From: an uncultured bacterium | Lineage (GTDB): Bacteria > Cyanobacteriota > Cyanobacteriia > CAZCXK01 | Direction: 5' to 3' | Assembly (NCBI GenBank): GCA_964502605.1 | Contig: CAZCXK010000011.1 | Coordinates: 1,053 to 65,052, forward strand | DNA length: 64,000 bases | Part shown: in pieces, positions 51,962 through 61,772 of the stretch | How the letters are laid out: each line of letters starts with the position of its first letter | Position numbering within the stretch: position 1 is the stretch's first letter | Position numbers and translations under genes: made by a program | Notes under the pieces: model-generated | What the model was told of the DNA's origin: nothing | The model's database searches: none | What the model saw: the letters and a program-made list of their open reading frames with translations, nothing else

Positions 51962-52121
51962 AACCGTCTCCCTTCTAAATCGACCCCAGCCTATCACTAT
52001 TCCTGATGAGTAGGCAGCTCTATATCACCAGGCAGCTTAAAAAATGCTGCCACCTGAAGTCTCGCATCCCCAAACAAATCGTTACGATTCTCGCTGTCAG
52101 ACTATTCTGATTTCAACTGTT

Positions 52122-52577
52122 CTAATTGCCAATCGCTTCTTCTAGCTGAGCTGCAATTCGCTCCCCAAATTCTGGATCGCTATTGGCCAATCCTAACAGC
52201 TGAATGTATTCTTGCCAGTTCAACCCAGCCCCTTCGATTAGAGTCAGGGCTGTGGCTTCGATGTCGCGCTGCACCCTGAGTGATTCAGAGTCAGTTTCTG
52301 CCTCAGACAACTCGCCTTCCCGCTGTTCAATCAGACGGGTGACTTGCAGATACGCATCGACAAACTGACTCACTTTTTCTGATGAAATATCGTCTGCACC
52401 CAAATCGAGACGGCTAGGAGCAGCGGATTCAACAGAATCAATAGAATCAATAGAATCAGTAGATTCGGCAGCAACAAACTGGTTGGATATGGCTAAAACT
52501 GTCGCAGCAGCACTCGGCAGGGTCGGAGCGACCCACCACCAAACTGCCATCCCAGTGGCGATCGCCCCAAAAAACAT
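52122..52577 (-). CDS. Secreted hypothetical protein (DUF4168-like C-terminal domain)
   Basis: Signal-like MFFGAIATGMAVWWWVAPTLPSAAATVLA. C-terminal ...VSQFVDAYLQV...IEATALTLIEGAGLNWQEYIQLLGLANSDPEFGERIAAQLEE.... The start is chosen at the internal Met; the ORF-track N-terminal extension looks non-native. Confidence 0.4.
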   Translation of the reverse strand: MFFGAIATGMAVWWWVAPTLPSAAATVLAISNQFVAAESTDSIDSIDSVESAAPSRLDLGADDISSEKVSQFVDAYLQVTRLIEQREGELSEAETDSESLRVQRDIEATALTLIEGAGLNWQEYIQLLGLANSDPEFGERIAAQLEEAIGN

Positions 52578-52847
52578 TCGAGATAGCCAAGTACTCGATC
52601 TCGATGCGTTGCCGCATGCCTGGTGTAATCGCCACCTCACTACGACCCTAATCGCCAGTATCATGATAGTCATTGAGCTGATTGGTTTCATGCCACTGCG
52701 AGTCTGCTCACCGATCATCATCTTCACCATACATGAGTCACGTTAAGGCATCTACTTTAGATCAGCTGTAACATCAGCAAATGTTTTACAATGCAGCCCT
52801 TAAAATTAGGATAGGGAATAAGTAGATATACCAAAGGTAAAAAGTCT

Positions 52848-53171
52848 ATGTCCAGCGGCAGCGAAACGGAAACATCTTCCTCGTTGTCAGAACGAGAGTT
52901 GCAAATCGTCGAATTAGTGACTGCTGGCTTGACCAACCAGGAAATTGCAGAAAAGTTGGAAATCAGCAAGCGCACTGTTGATAATCACATCAGCAACATT
53001 TTGACCAAAACTGCGACTGGCAATCGGGTGGCGCTCGTGCGGTGGGCGTTGCAATGGGGGAAAGTCTGCATCGATCAGGTTAACTGTTGCACTCTGCCCT
53101 TGCCAGACTCGCATAGGCTTGCCAACCACAATTCTGATCAGGTCTCATCATCTGATAATCATGCCGATTGA
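52848..53171 (+). CDS. LuxR/GerE-type HTH single-domain transcriptional regulator
   Basis: ...LSERELQIVELVTAGLTNQEIAEKLEISKRTVDNHISNILTKT... is a canonical LuxR C-terminal HTH. Confidence 0.6.
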   Translation: MSSGSETETSSSLSERELQIVELVTAGLTNQEIAEKLEISKRTVDNHISNILTKTATGNRVALVRWALQWGKVCIDQVNCCTLPLPDSHRLANHNSDQVSSSDNHAD

Positions 53172-53529
53172 TTCACCTAATGGGGTAATGGCTGATGGGG
53201 TAATGGCTGATAAGTCTATGAGTGAGACGGTTGATGGTTGATTTAGTTATGAACCTCGAGATCTAAGTTCCGCTGAGTCAGATCAAGCAAACGCTGGAGC
53301 GAAACTTATTTCTCGACCGCACAATCTGACACCCACTCTCAGAAACGGGACAGCACCTTCTCTAGAATCAACTTCAGAGTGAACGCCGACCCCAACTGCG
53401 TCGGGTCTCTGCAAGAAGAAACTGCCCCTACAAAATTCATCCATATGGGATATTTTTATTTTCAGATCTCGAACCCCTTGGGTGCCAGCCAGCCCAACTG
53501 CAACATGATGACCGAGAATATTAATTTCT

Positions 53530-53832
53530 ATGAATGATCCCACAACTCCAGCAGAGCAGCCCATTCACTATCAGATTTGCTGCCCCAAGCTGCCTCTAGC
53601 AGTGTATCGGGAAGTAGCGGCTCATCTGCGCCAGATTAGGGGTGTCACAGCGGGGCTGCTGCCTCAGATGTCGCAACAGTTTGACTATGAGCAAAGCCAA
53701 ATTGGTGGGGTGTGGGTTGAGCTATCAGGCGATGCTGAGCCTCGTGCCCATGAGCGCGTAGAGGAGATTTTGGCCTACTATAGCGATCGCCATGGTGTGT
53801 GGGAAACGGTTTCGCCCCAGTGTAGTTCTTAA
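53530..53832 (+). CDS. Hypothetical protein (100 aa), 48 nt upstream of hisS on the same strand
   Basis: ORF only; non-repetitive composition. Confidence 0.35.
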   Translation: MNDPTTPAEQPIHYQICCPKLPLAVYREVAAHLRQIRGVTAGLLPQMSQQFDYEQSQIGGVWVELSGDAEPRAHERVEEILAYYSDRHGVWETVSPQCSS

Positions 53833-53880
53833 GACGGCTTATTTTTTCAAGTTTCATTCTACGTAATCTGAGTACCTGTC

Positions 53881-55155
53881 ATGAGTCCGATTCAAGCTAT
53901 TCGAGGCACCCGCGATATCCTGCCGGATGAGGTTCGCTATTGGCAGCACGTTGAAACGATTGCTCAGGAGATGTTCCAGCGGGCAGCCTATCACGAAATT
54001 CGGACGCCCATTTTTGAGCAAACTCACCTCTTTGAACGCAGCATTGGCGAAGCAACTGATGTCGTTGGCAAGGAGATGTATACGTTTGCGGATCGAGGCG
54101 ATCGCCAGATTACGTTGCGGCCTGAGAATACGGCTGGGGTTGTGCGGGCATTTATTGAACATGGGCTGCACGCGAAAGGTGGGGTGCAGCGGCTCTGGTA
54201 TTGTGGCCCAATGTTTCGCTATGAACGACCCCAAGCGGGGCGGCAGCGCCAGTTTCATCAGGTTGGCGTTGAGGTGTTAGGCAGTGCTGATCCGCGTGCC
54301 GATGCCGAGGTGATCGCGATCGCCTCAGATCTGCTGCAAGCCCTTGGTCTCAAAACTCTGCGGCTGGTGCTCAACTCTATTGGAGACTTGAGCGATCGCC
54401 ACCACTATCGCGATGCGTTGATTCGCTATCTCACGCCCTATCGTGATGATCTCGACCCAGATTCTCAAGATCGCTTGACGCGCAACCCCCTGCGAATTTT
54501 GGATACCAAAGTTGAGCGCACTCAAGAGATTTTGGCTAATGCGCCTAGTTTATCTGAGCATCTCAGTGCCGAATCACAGGCGCGTGCGGCTCAGGTGCAG
54601 CAGTTGTTGACAGATTTAGGCATTGATTACACTCTCAATGATCGCCTGGTGCGAGGGTTAGACTATTACACCCATACCGTATTCGAAATTCAATCGGATG
54701 ATTTAGGCGCACAAGCCACCGTTTGTGCTGGGGGGCGCTATGACGGGTTGGTCTCTCAGCTCGGCGGGGCAGAGACTCCGGCAGTTGGTTGGGCAAGTGG
54801 CATTGAGCGGCTGATTATTTTGCTGCAAGAGCTTCAACCACTGTCGCTTGCCGCCGTGGAGGTCTATCTGGTGTCACGGGGCGATCGGGCTGAGGCTCAA
54901 GCCCTCAAGCTGGCTCACAGCCTTAGACAGCAAGGCATTGCCACTGAGTTAGATCTGAGCGGCAGTGCCTTTGGCAAGCAATTTAAGCGTGCCGATCGCA
55001 GTGGAGCCCTGGCCTGTCTAATTGTGGGAGACGAGGAAGCCGAGCAGCAAACAGTGCAAATCAAGTGGCTCAAAAGCGGTGAACAAGAGGCGATCGCCCA
55101 GTCTCAGCTTTTTGAATCTGCTAATTATCTAAGGCAGCGAATGGCCACCAGCTAA
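53881..55155 (+). CDS. hisS: Histidine--tRNA ligase
   Basis: ...IRGTRDILPDE... (HisRS motif), class II motifs ...FRYERPQAGRQRQFHQVGVE..., ...GGGRYDGL..., C-terminal anticodon-binding domain. Confidence 0.95.
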   Translation: MSPIQAIRGTRDILPDEVRYWQHVETIAQEMFQRAAYHEIRTPIFEQTHLFERSIGEATDVVGKEMYTFADRGDRQITLRPENTAGVVRAFIEHGLHAKGGVQRLWYCGPMFRYERPQAGRQRQFHQVGVEVLGSADPRADAEVIAIASDLLQALGLKTLRLVLNSIGDLSDRHHYRDALIRYLTPYRDDLDPDSQDRLTRNPLRILDTKVERTQEILANAPSLSEHLSAESQARAAQVQQLLTDLGIDYTLNDRLVRGLDYYTHTVFEIQSDDLGAQATVCAGGRYDGLVSQLGGAETPAVGWASGIERLIILLQELQPLSLAAVEVYLVSRGDRAEAQALKLAHSLRQQGIATELDLSGSAFGKQFKRADRSGALACLIVGDEEAEQQTVQIKWLKSGEQEAIAQSQLFESANYLRQRMATS

Positions 55156-55249
55156 CGGCTGCCTGCGTTGGCCTGACTTTGACTCGCACGCTGGACAGCC
55201 TGCATGACTAGTTCATTGTAATCGGATCGTTCACCGATGGAGCACTAAC

Positions 55250-55753
55250 ATGGCAGCCATCATTGTGCGAACAGGAGGCCAGACAGGAGTCGATCGCGCT
55301 GCTCTCGATCATGCGATCGCTACCAACATTCCCTATTGTGGCTGGTGTCCCAATGGCGGCTGGGCAGAAGATTTTCCTCAAGCCCCAGGGCTCCTGAGCA
55401 CCTATCCTGACTTAATTGCAACTCCGTCACGCCTCCCCAAACAGCGCACCGCCTGGAATACCCGTGACAGCCACGCTACCCTGATCATTCTGCACGGCAG
55501 CTCATTCGCAGAATCTCCAGGATCCAAATTCACACAGCACATGGCAACTCTGGTCTTTATGAAACCCTGCTGGGTGATTGACGCGGCATCACCCAGGCAA
55601 GTTCAAGCGGCTCAAAACTGGCTACATCATCTGACTGCGGCTCTGACTCCCAATCTCTTGACTTTGAATATTGCCGGCCCTAGAGCCTCAGAAGCACCTG
55701 AAATCTACTCAGAGGCGCGAAGAATCCTACAGCAGCTCTTGCCATTGGCCTAA
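55250..55753 (+). CDS. SLOG-superfamily protein resembling the putative molybdenum-cofactor carrier protein family (LOG-like Rossmann fold)
   Basis: N-terminal ...IIVRTGGQTGVDRAALDHAI...CGWCPNGGWAEDF... matches my recollection of the MoCo-carrier/YpsA-like GGQTGVDRAA motif. Confidence 0.5.
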   Translation: MAAIIVRTGGQTGVDRAALDHAIATNIPYCGWCPNGGWAEDFPQAPGLLSTYPDLIATPSRLPKQRTAWNTRDSHATLIILHGSSFAESPGSKFTQHMATLVFMKPCWVIDAASPRQVQAAQNWLHHLTAALTPNLLTLNIAGPRASEAPEIYSEARRILQQLLPLA

Positions 55754-55836
55754 ACATCCCGTTACATTACTGCAGATAGCCTCCTTAGCAATGGATGGCA
55801 CGTCTAGAGTGAAGTTTGTATTCGAGTGAAAAAATC

Positions 55837-56613
55837 TCAAAGTGAGCTAGAGTCTAGGCTCTCCGCTTCACCTGGCGTTTGCGGCAGATGAAGACCACAT
55901 TCTTGCTTGATGCCATTAAAGCGTGTGTCGCGTTCATTGAAGTCGTCTGCTGTCAGCGGGCGACTCGAATGCCAATCGCCAACTGTTACATAGCCTTCAT
56001 CAAACATCGGATGATAGGGCAAATCATGGGCGGTGAGATAGTCGTACACATCTTTTGAGTTCCAGTAAAGGATCGGTGCGACCTTATAAGTGCCCGCCTG
56101 CTGGCCAACTACGTTCAAGGTTTTACGGTGATTGGTTTGGTCGGCGCGCAAGCCAGCTAGCCAAGCTGTAGCGTTTAGCTCTTTTAAGGCGCGCTGCATG
56201 GGCTCAACCTTACGAATTTGATCGTAGTGATTGAGTGACTCAACATCGCTACGATCCCACAGGCGGCCATAGAGCGATTCCATACGCGCAGGACTCATCG
56301 GCGATTGATAGACCTTGAGATTGAGCTTGAGGCGATCGCCCAGTTCTTCAGCAAAGCGGTAGGTCTTAGCGGGCAAATAGCCTGTGTCAACCCAAATCAC
56401 TGGGATATCAGGAATGATGCGAGTCACCAAGTGCAGCATCACCGCAGACTGAATGCCAAAGCTAGTGCTCATCACCAGACCTTCAGCAAACGTCTCCGCC
56501 GCCCAATTAACCACCTGTACGGCATCTTTAGTAGCGCGTTGATTGCCTAACTGCTGGTTTACTGCATTGAGGTCGAGTTCCGGTTTCTCCAGCGTCACAC
56601 ATACCATAGGCAC
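55837..56613 (-). CDS. cysH: Phosphoadenosine phosphosulfate / adenylyl-sulfate reductase (thioredoxin-dependent)
   Basis: ...[13 protein letters not shown]... (PP-loop-like), ...LAGLRADQT..., C-terminal ...KQECGLH... motif. Confidence 0.9.
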   Translation of the reverse strand: MPMVCVTLEKPELDLNAVNQQLGNQRATKDAVQVVNWAAETFAEGLVMSTSFGIQSAVMLHLVTRIIPDIPVIWVDTGYLPAKTYRFAEELGDRLKLNLKVYQSPMSPARMESLYGRLWDRSDVESLNHYDQIRKVEPMQRALKELNATAWLAGLRADQTNHRKTLNVVGQQAGTYKVAPILYWNSKDVYDYLTAHDLPYHPMFDEGYVTVGDWHSSRPLTADDFNERDTRFNGIKQECGLHLPQTPGEAESLDSSSL

Positions 56614-56979
56614 TCGTAGGGGTTTCTACAAATTAATTCTCTCAGAGTATCAGGGCAGATCATGCTGAAGGCTGCACGATTCCTTAACCATTCGATTGAT
56701 TCTGCAGCGCTAACACGAAATTTGCTGCATCTAGTAGGCCAATGCCCCTGACAATAGACTGACAGTAGCTCAGTTAGAGCCAGGAATCAACTGAAATGCT
56801 AAAGCCCTTATCTTCATTGAGGCAGAGTTGATTTTGACTGACTCTTAACCCAACGTCGCATGGCAATGGGTCGAGTCGAGAGACATCAGATGACAGATGA
56901 TCATCCGTCGAGTTTGTCTGACAGGCAATAAACAATCGATAAGTTGTCTGACAGGCAAACTATTTTCTATTATAGGGTG

Positions 56980-57636
56980 ATGAAGCAACATCTTGATTCT
57001 GACCTGAAATCTGAACTGCTGCAGCTGGGTAAACGACTGCGCCAATTGCGAACTGAGCATGCGTGGACTCTTGAAGATCTAGCCCAACGCGCCGGAGTTT
57101 CTAGCACGTATCTCTGTCGGCTGGAATGTGGCGATCGCCAACCGTCGCTATCTGTTTTGCTCAACTTGGCCCATGTTTATGATCTTTCCTTGCCCATGTT
57201 GTTTCAATCTGTCGCAGGTGAGACCTTAGCGCCCCATCCGGATGCCGAAACCTGTCAGATTATTCGGGCGGGCGATCGCCCTTTACAGGCGGGTAATGGC
57301 TTGCGATACGCGTCTCTAGCATCGAAGACAGATGCTGCCATGCTGCATCCCATTCATGTAGTGGTACCAGCCCATCGTCATAACTCTCGTCTATATCAGC
57401 ATGACGGTGAAGAATGGCTCTATGTGCTATCTGGGGAATTGATTTTAACGATATCTGACACGCCATATCGACTGCAACCCGGAGACGCAGCCCATTTTGA
57501 TGCGCGATCGCCCCATCGATTAGCGGCCTGCGGAGATCGTGATGCTGAGCTAATTTTGGTCGCCTGCCCGACTCTACGGTCGGTGCTAGATAGCTATGTG
57601 TTGCCGCCATCTCCCCGGATTGAATGCGCCAATTGA
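56980..57636 (+). CDS. XRE-family HTH transcriptional regulator with C-terminal cupin domain
   Basis: ...LGKRLRQLRTEHAWTLEDLAQRAGVSSTYLCRLECGDRQPSLSVLLNLAHVYDLSL... is an HTH_3. The C-terminal ~110 aa carries the cupin two-His/Glu pattern (...HPIHVVVPAH...HDGEEWLYVLSGEL...). Confidence 0.75.
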   Translation: MKQHLDSDLKSELLQLGKRLRQLRTEHAWTLEDLAQRAGVSSTYLCRLECGDRQPSLSVLLNLAHVYDLSLPMLFQSVAGETLAPHPDAETCQIIRAGDRPLQAGNGLRYASLASKTDAAMLHPIHVVVPAHRHNSRLYQHDGEEWLYVLSGELILTISDTPYRLQPGDAAHFDARSPHRLAACGDRDAELILVACPTLRSVLDSYVLPPSPRIECAN

Positions 57637-57735
57637 ATATGCTGAGTGCAGGTTGAGAGCACCTACACAGGTTGATTCAAAGCCATCTCAGTTACCTAAC
57701 TTTTTCTATTTCTGGATGATCCCAGTTCGTTCACG

Positions 57736-58542
57736 ATGACGCCCACTCCCTGGTTGAGCCACATTTCTATCTATCCTGTCAAATCGCTTGATCGAGTCGT
57801 GTTAGATCACTGTTCGGTGCTAGCCGGGGGTGCTCTAAAGGGCGATCGCGAATTTGCCATCCTTGATCAACAGGGAAAATTTGTGAATGGCAAGCGCCAT
57901 GCGAAGATTCATCAGTTGCGATCGCGCTTCGACTGCGATCAACGGGCTCTGACACTCTGGCTCCAGGATAGCCAGGAGAGCGCCACCTTCCAAATTGATA
58001 CTGAAGACGACGCTCTCACCGCCTGGTTGACTCAATACTTTGGTATGCCCGCTCAACTCAGCCAAAATACCACGACGGGGTTTCCTGACGATCTCAATGC
58101 CAGCGGCCCCACTGTGATCAGCACGGCCACGATTGAGGCGATCGCCTCTTGGTTTCCGACCATCAGCGTTGAGGACATGCGCCTCCGGCTGCGGTGCAAC
58201 CTTGAGATCAGTGGCGTGCCTGCCTTTTGGGAAGATCAGCTATTTACTGAAGCGGGGCGATGCGTTCAGTTTCGTGTGGGAGATGTGATAGTTGCAGGCA
58301 TTAATCCCTGCCAACGCTGCATCGTACCGACTCGCAACCCGCTCACTGGCGCATCAACACCACACTTTCAGAAAACTTTTATGGCGCGACGCCAAGCCTC
58401 CCTCCCTAGTTGGGCAGACCTCAGCCGCTTCAATCATTTCTATCGGCTGAGTGTCAATACGCGTATACCTCTATCTGAAGCTGGGAAACAGCTTAGGCTG
58501 GGCGATCGCGTCGAGATTCTTGGGGAGAAACCCCTAGATTAA
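57736..58542 (+). CDS. MOSC-domain protein (YcbX-like; N-terminal beta-barrel + MOSC)
   Basis: ...ISIYPVKSLDRV... and ...LKGDREFAILDQQGKFVNGKRHAKI... match MOSC_N. The C-terminal MOSC has the conserved Cys ...GINPCQRCIVPT.... Confidence 0.8.
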   Translation: MTPTPWLSHISIYPVKSLDRVVLDHCSVLAGGALKGDREFAILDQQGKFVNGKRHAKIHQLRSRFDCDQRALTLWLQDSQESATFQIDTEDDALTAWLTQYFGMPAQLSQNTTTGFPDDLNASGPTVISTATIEAIASWFPTISVEDMRLRLRCNLEISGVPAFWEDQLFTEAGRCVQFRVGDVIVAGINPCQRCIVPTRNPLTGASTPHFQKTFMARRQASLPSWADLSRFNHFYRLSVNTRIPLSEAGKQLRLGDRVEILGEKPLD

Positions 58543-58650
58543 AACCTCAAGTTAGCAGTTGAAGAATAGATTTCATTACAGTACAATAGTACTATATTGT
58601 GAGCTAACAGTTTGACCGGCTCGTTTGCTATTACTCGTGTCTAGAGAATC

Positions 58651-59040
58651 ATGTCAACACTATCCTCTGCTACAGCGACTCATTCTCACCCAATATTACT
58701 TCAGGGCGCATGGTCAACTGTGCGATTTCGTCGAGCTAAGACAGCTAAGGCATGGGCGCTCTTGGGCATTCCTAATCAGATTTATCCAGCTGTCACCCAT
58801 CGACTGTTTGAGCTAAGGGCGCGCTTTATTGATAAGCACGAAGACGGTCACTTTGTCAGCCTTTTATTTGAGGCTCCCCCTCCTGTTGTGGCTAAGCTAG
58901 CGTTGGCATTTCCTGCACCTCCTGGGTGCGAGGCGCTCAGCATTGCCGAAGGGGGCGATCGCATTTTGTCTGGGCGAGCGGCCAATTCTGCCAAAGCTCA
59001 TCGTCAAGCTCTTGACCCGCTGAATCACGAACGAACTTAA
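58651..59040 (+). CDS. Hypothetical protein (129 aa), weakly supported
   Basis: ORF only; no recognisable motifs. Contains a HIP1 site. Confidence 0.25.
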   Translation: MSTLSSATATHSHPILLQGAWSTVRFRRAKTAKAWALLGIPNQIYPAVTHRLFELRARFIDKHEDGHFVSLLFEAPPPVVAKLALAFPAPPGCEALSIAEGGDRILSGRAANSAKAHRQALDPLNHERT

Positions 59041-59361
59041 ACGCGGATTGTGGGTCGCTCACATTGCATCAAATTCTGCTAAAGCTCATTTTAGTCTTCA
59101 AACCAAAATTGCAGAACAATGGCTGCAATGAATTCTACATCGGAAGATGCAGAGAATTAGACCCACAGAAATTTAAAAAGGGCATCGTTAAATTCAACGA
59201 TGCCCCCTATCCTACGTAATCACCATTTGTGTTCACTTAAAGCTAACTTAAGCATCCCCTGGTAAGGGGCGATCGCGTTGGCTATTCCGGATTGGTGCAG
59301 CAATGCCAGATTCAGCAGATTCATTGATCAGGTTCTGCGAAGTCTAAATGGTCTACGAACC

Positions 59362-59742
59362 CTAAGACTTCGCATGATTGAGCGGCAAGGGCTGCCCATC
59401 ATTCTGGCCTACATACTTATCCCAGAGATTAGCTAAATCGCGAGCCTGTCCTTGCCATTCTGCCTTGACCTGATACATGCGGCGAGGTCGGCCTCGACCC
59501 TCTACCTTCTTCCAATACCCCATGATGAAATCCTTATCTTCAAGGAACTTTAGAGCACTGTAAAGAACAGTATCAGACAGACGATATGTTGGATACTCAC
59601 TCTCCAGGAGCTGAATTAACTCAGTTCCGTAAGAGTCTCGACGTAACAACACAGCAAGCACATAGCAAACCGCCAGCTCTTTATTCAGATAAAAAGGCGG
59701 GGGATTGCGGAAAAATTGATAGATATCTTCGAATGTTGTCAT
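59362..59742 (-). CDS. PadR-family transcriptional regulator
   Basis: ...YVLAVLLRRDSYGTELIQLLES...LSDTVLYSALKFLEDKDFIMGYWKKVEGRGRPRRMYQ... is a winged HTH. GGGAGGAG lies upstream of the ATG at 59742. Confidence 0.8.
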   Translation of the reverse strand: MTTFEDIYQFFRNPPPFYLNKELAVCYVLAVLLRRDSYGTELIQLLESEYPTYRLSDTVLYSALKFLEDKDFIMGYWKKVEGRGRPRRMYQVKAEWQGQARDLANLWDKYVGQNDGQPLPLNHAKS

Positions 59743-61002
59743 TTGGCTCCTCCCAACCAAACAGTGAATCAATCGATACTGACAGTTGCTTCCAAACGCT
59801 AAGAAATGCCCAGGTAATTGCCCAGTTTAATACAACCAATCTAAAATTTCATCACCCATTAGAGTGAAGATTTTCTGGAAAGAGATAATTAAGGACTTAA
59901 ATTTACTCCACATATAAATCTTTCTAAGGGCAAAGCACTCTAGTGCAAATCCGAAATTTTTAGTTGGATGATTATTAATAATTCTAGCCACAGAAACTGA
60001 GATTTGTGTCGTATATTTCGCAAACAATCACACCGATCGGCTAATCTTTCAAGGCTTTCAAACTAGCTTCATATTGTTTATAACTTGTACACGGCTTTGT
60101 AATACCCAATGTAATACTCAACCTCATCTTTCGGAAGATAGTTTACAAACTTCTATTCATGTCATAAGAGTTGAAAATCAGAATAAAATTAGAATAGATA
60201 TTCCAAATTAAAATGTCCTCTTAAAGACTAATGTTAAAAATTTAGACCTAATAGGTTGAACCTAAATGCGGGCTATCACCCCTCATGAATTCAATCCGTA
60301 TCATTAGAATTTGTTGTAAACCTCATTCAAGTCTAGACCTAGAGTTTTACCTCTGAAAACCTTCAGATTTTGAGCTGAACTGGATATAAATCAGCAAAAC
60401 CTGTCATTTAAGACAGTAAAAAAGAGGGGCTAAGGGCATGCCACGTTTGTATTAAGTAATTGCTCAAGTACGAGCGTTTTGCTGCTCCCAATCGAGAGGC
60501 TAGACAAAACTCGTGAAAGGCTGACTCTCCCGTACCGCAGGCAACCAAGGCTACATGTGCAACGTTTAATCGGGCGATCGCCAAAACATGAGTAATATGC
60601 ATGTATGAGCACCATGCAACCAAGAGGCTCTCGGTTTCTGCCGCCTTGCTACGTTATGAATCAATCGATCACAATAGCAGACCTAAGAACACACAAGCCT
60701 GACTACATAAAGCACTAAGACAATTTGCAAACTAGTCTGGCTTAGACGAGTCCAAGTTTTTAGGGATAAATCGGACAGGGCAGGACATTGCCTTCATGGG
60801 GGGGATTCCGCTTAGCCCATTTCTTTAGGACGGCTATCAGCCTAAAAAGTTCGCGCTAGATATATTTTATGAGCAGGTCATCTACGCGATCAGCATCCTC
60901 AACCAACCATATCGCTCTCCAGATGCCATGTTCAAAAGGTTCCTGAAATCATACCGATGGGCAAGAGATCAGCGCCAGACAAATGGGCAAGACAAATGAA
61001 AT

Positions 61003-61665
61003 CTACACTAAACCTGCTCGTAGTGCGACTACTGCAGCTTGAACCCGATCGTCTACCGCCAGCTTGTTCATAATGCCGCGCACATGAGTCTTGACTGTAT
61101 TAGGGCTGAGATAAAGAGCCGCAGCAATTTCAGGATTGCTCAAACCATCAACCATCAGTTTTAAGACTTCCATTTCGCGTTGAGACAGTTGCCCAACGGC
61201 AATTGAATCATCTGTTAGCGTTGGGGCTTTGAGATGATCCATGACGCGACGAGCCACTTGTGGATCTAGATAACTGGCTCCTTCTTGAGCCGCAGAAATG
61301 GCAGCCAGTAAACTTTCAACGCTTGTGCCCTTGACACAGTAGGCATCTGCTCCGCTTGAGAGTGCGCCAATCACTTCATTTTGGGTTGTGTGAGATGTCA
61401 GCATCACAATGTGAACATCAGGCAGCGCCTCTTTAATTTTCTGGGTTGCAGCGATGCCATCAAGTCGGGGGAGGCCAATGTCCATAACGACGATATCGGG
61501 TTTGAGCTTTAGAGTTTCTTCAACTGCCAGGTAGCCATCATCAACTCGTCCTACGATCGTGATGTCGGGCCTAGCCGATAGCGATTGCTCTAAGCCCAAT
61601 TGCATCATTGGGTCGTCTTCAACAATCAAAACTCTTATTGGCGCTGATTCAGACGACGTATTCAT
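61003..61665 (-). CDS. Two-component response regulator, NarL/FixJ family (REC + LuxR HTH)
   Basis: ...IRVLIVEDDPMMQLGL...DIVVMDIGLP...(Asp)...IVMLTSH.... C-terminal ...LSQREMEVLKLMVDGLSNPEIAAALYLSPNTVKTHVRGIMNKL.... Confidence 0.9.
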   Translation of the reverse strand: MNTSSESAPIRVLIVEDDPMMQLGLEQSLSARPDITIVGRVDDGYLAVEETLKLKPDIVVMDIGLPRLDGIAATQKIKEALPDVHIVMLTSHTTQNEVIGALSSGADAYCVKGTSVESLLAAISAAQEGASYLDPQVARRVMDHLKAPTLTDDSIAVGQLSQREMEVLKLMVDGLSNPEIAAALYLSPNTVKTHVRGIMNKLAVDDRVQAAVVALRAGLV

Positions 61666-61772
61666 GATGAGCCCTTCAACACGATGTGTAGATTGTAGGT
61701 TTAGATTAACCCAATTTCAGTGGATAGACAGCGCCCTAACTCTGCAACATCTATCAACATGTTGAGTCGATT

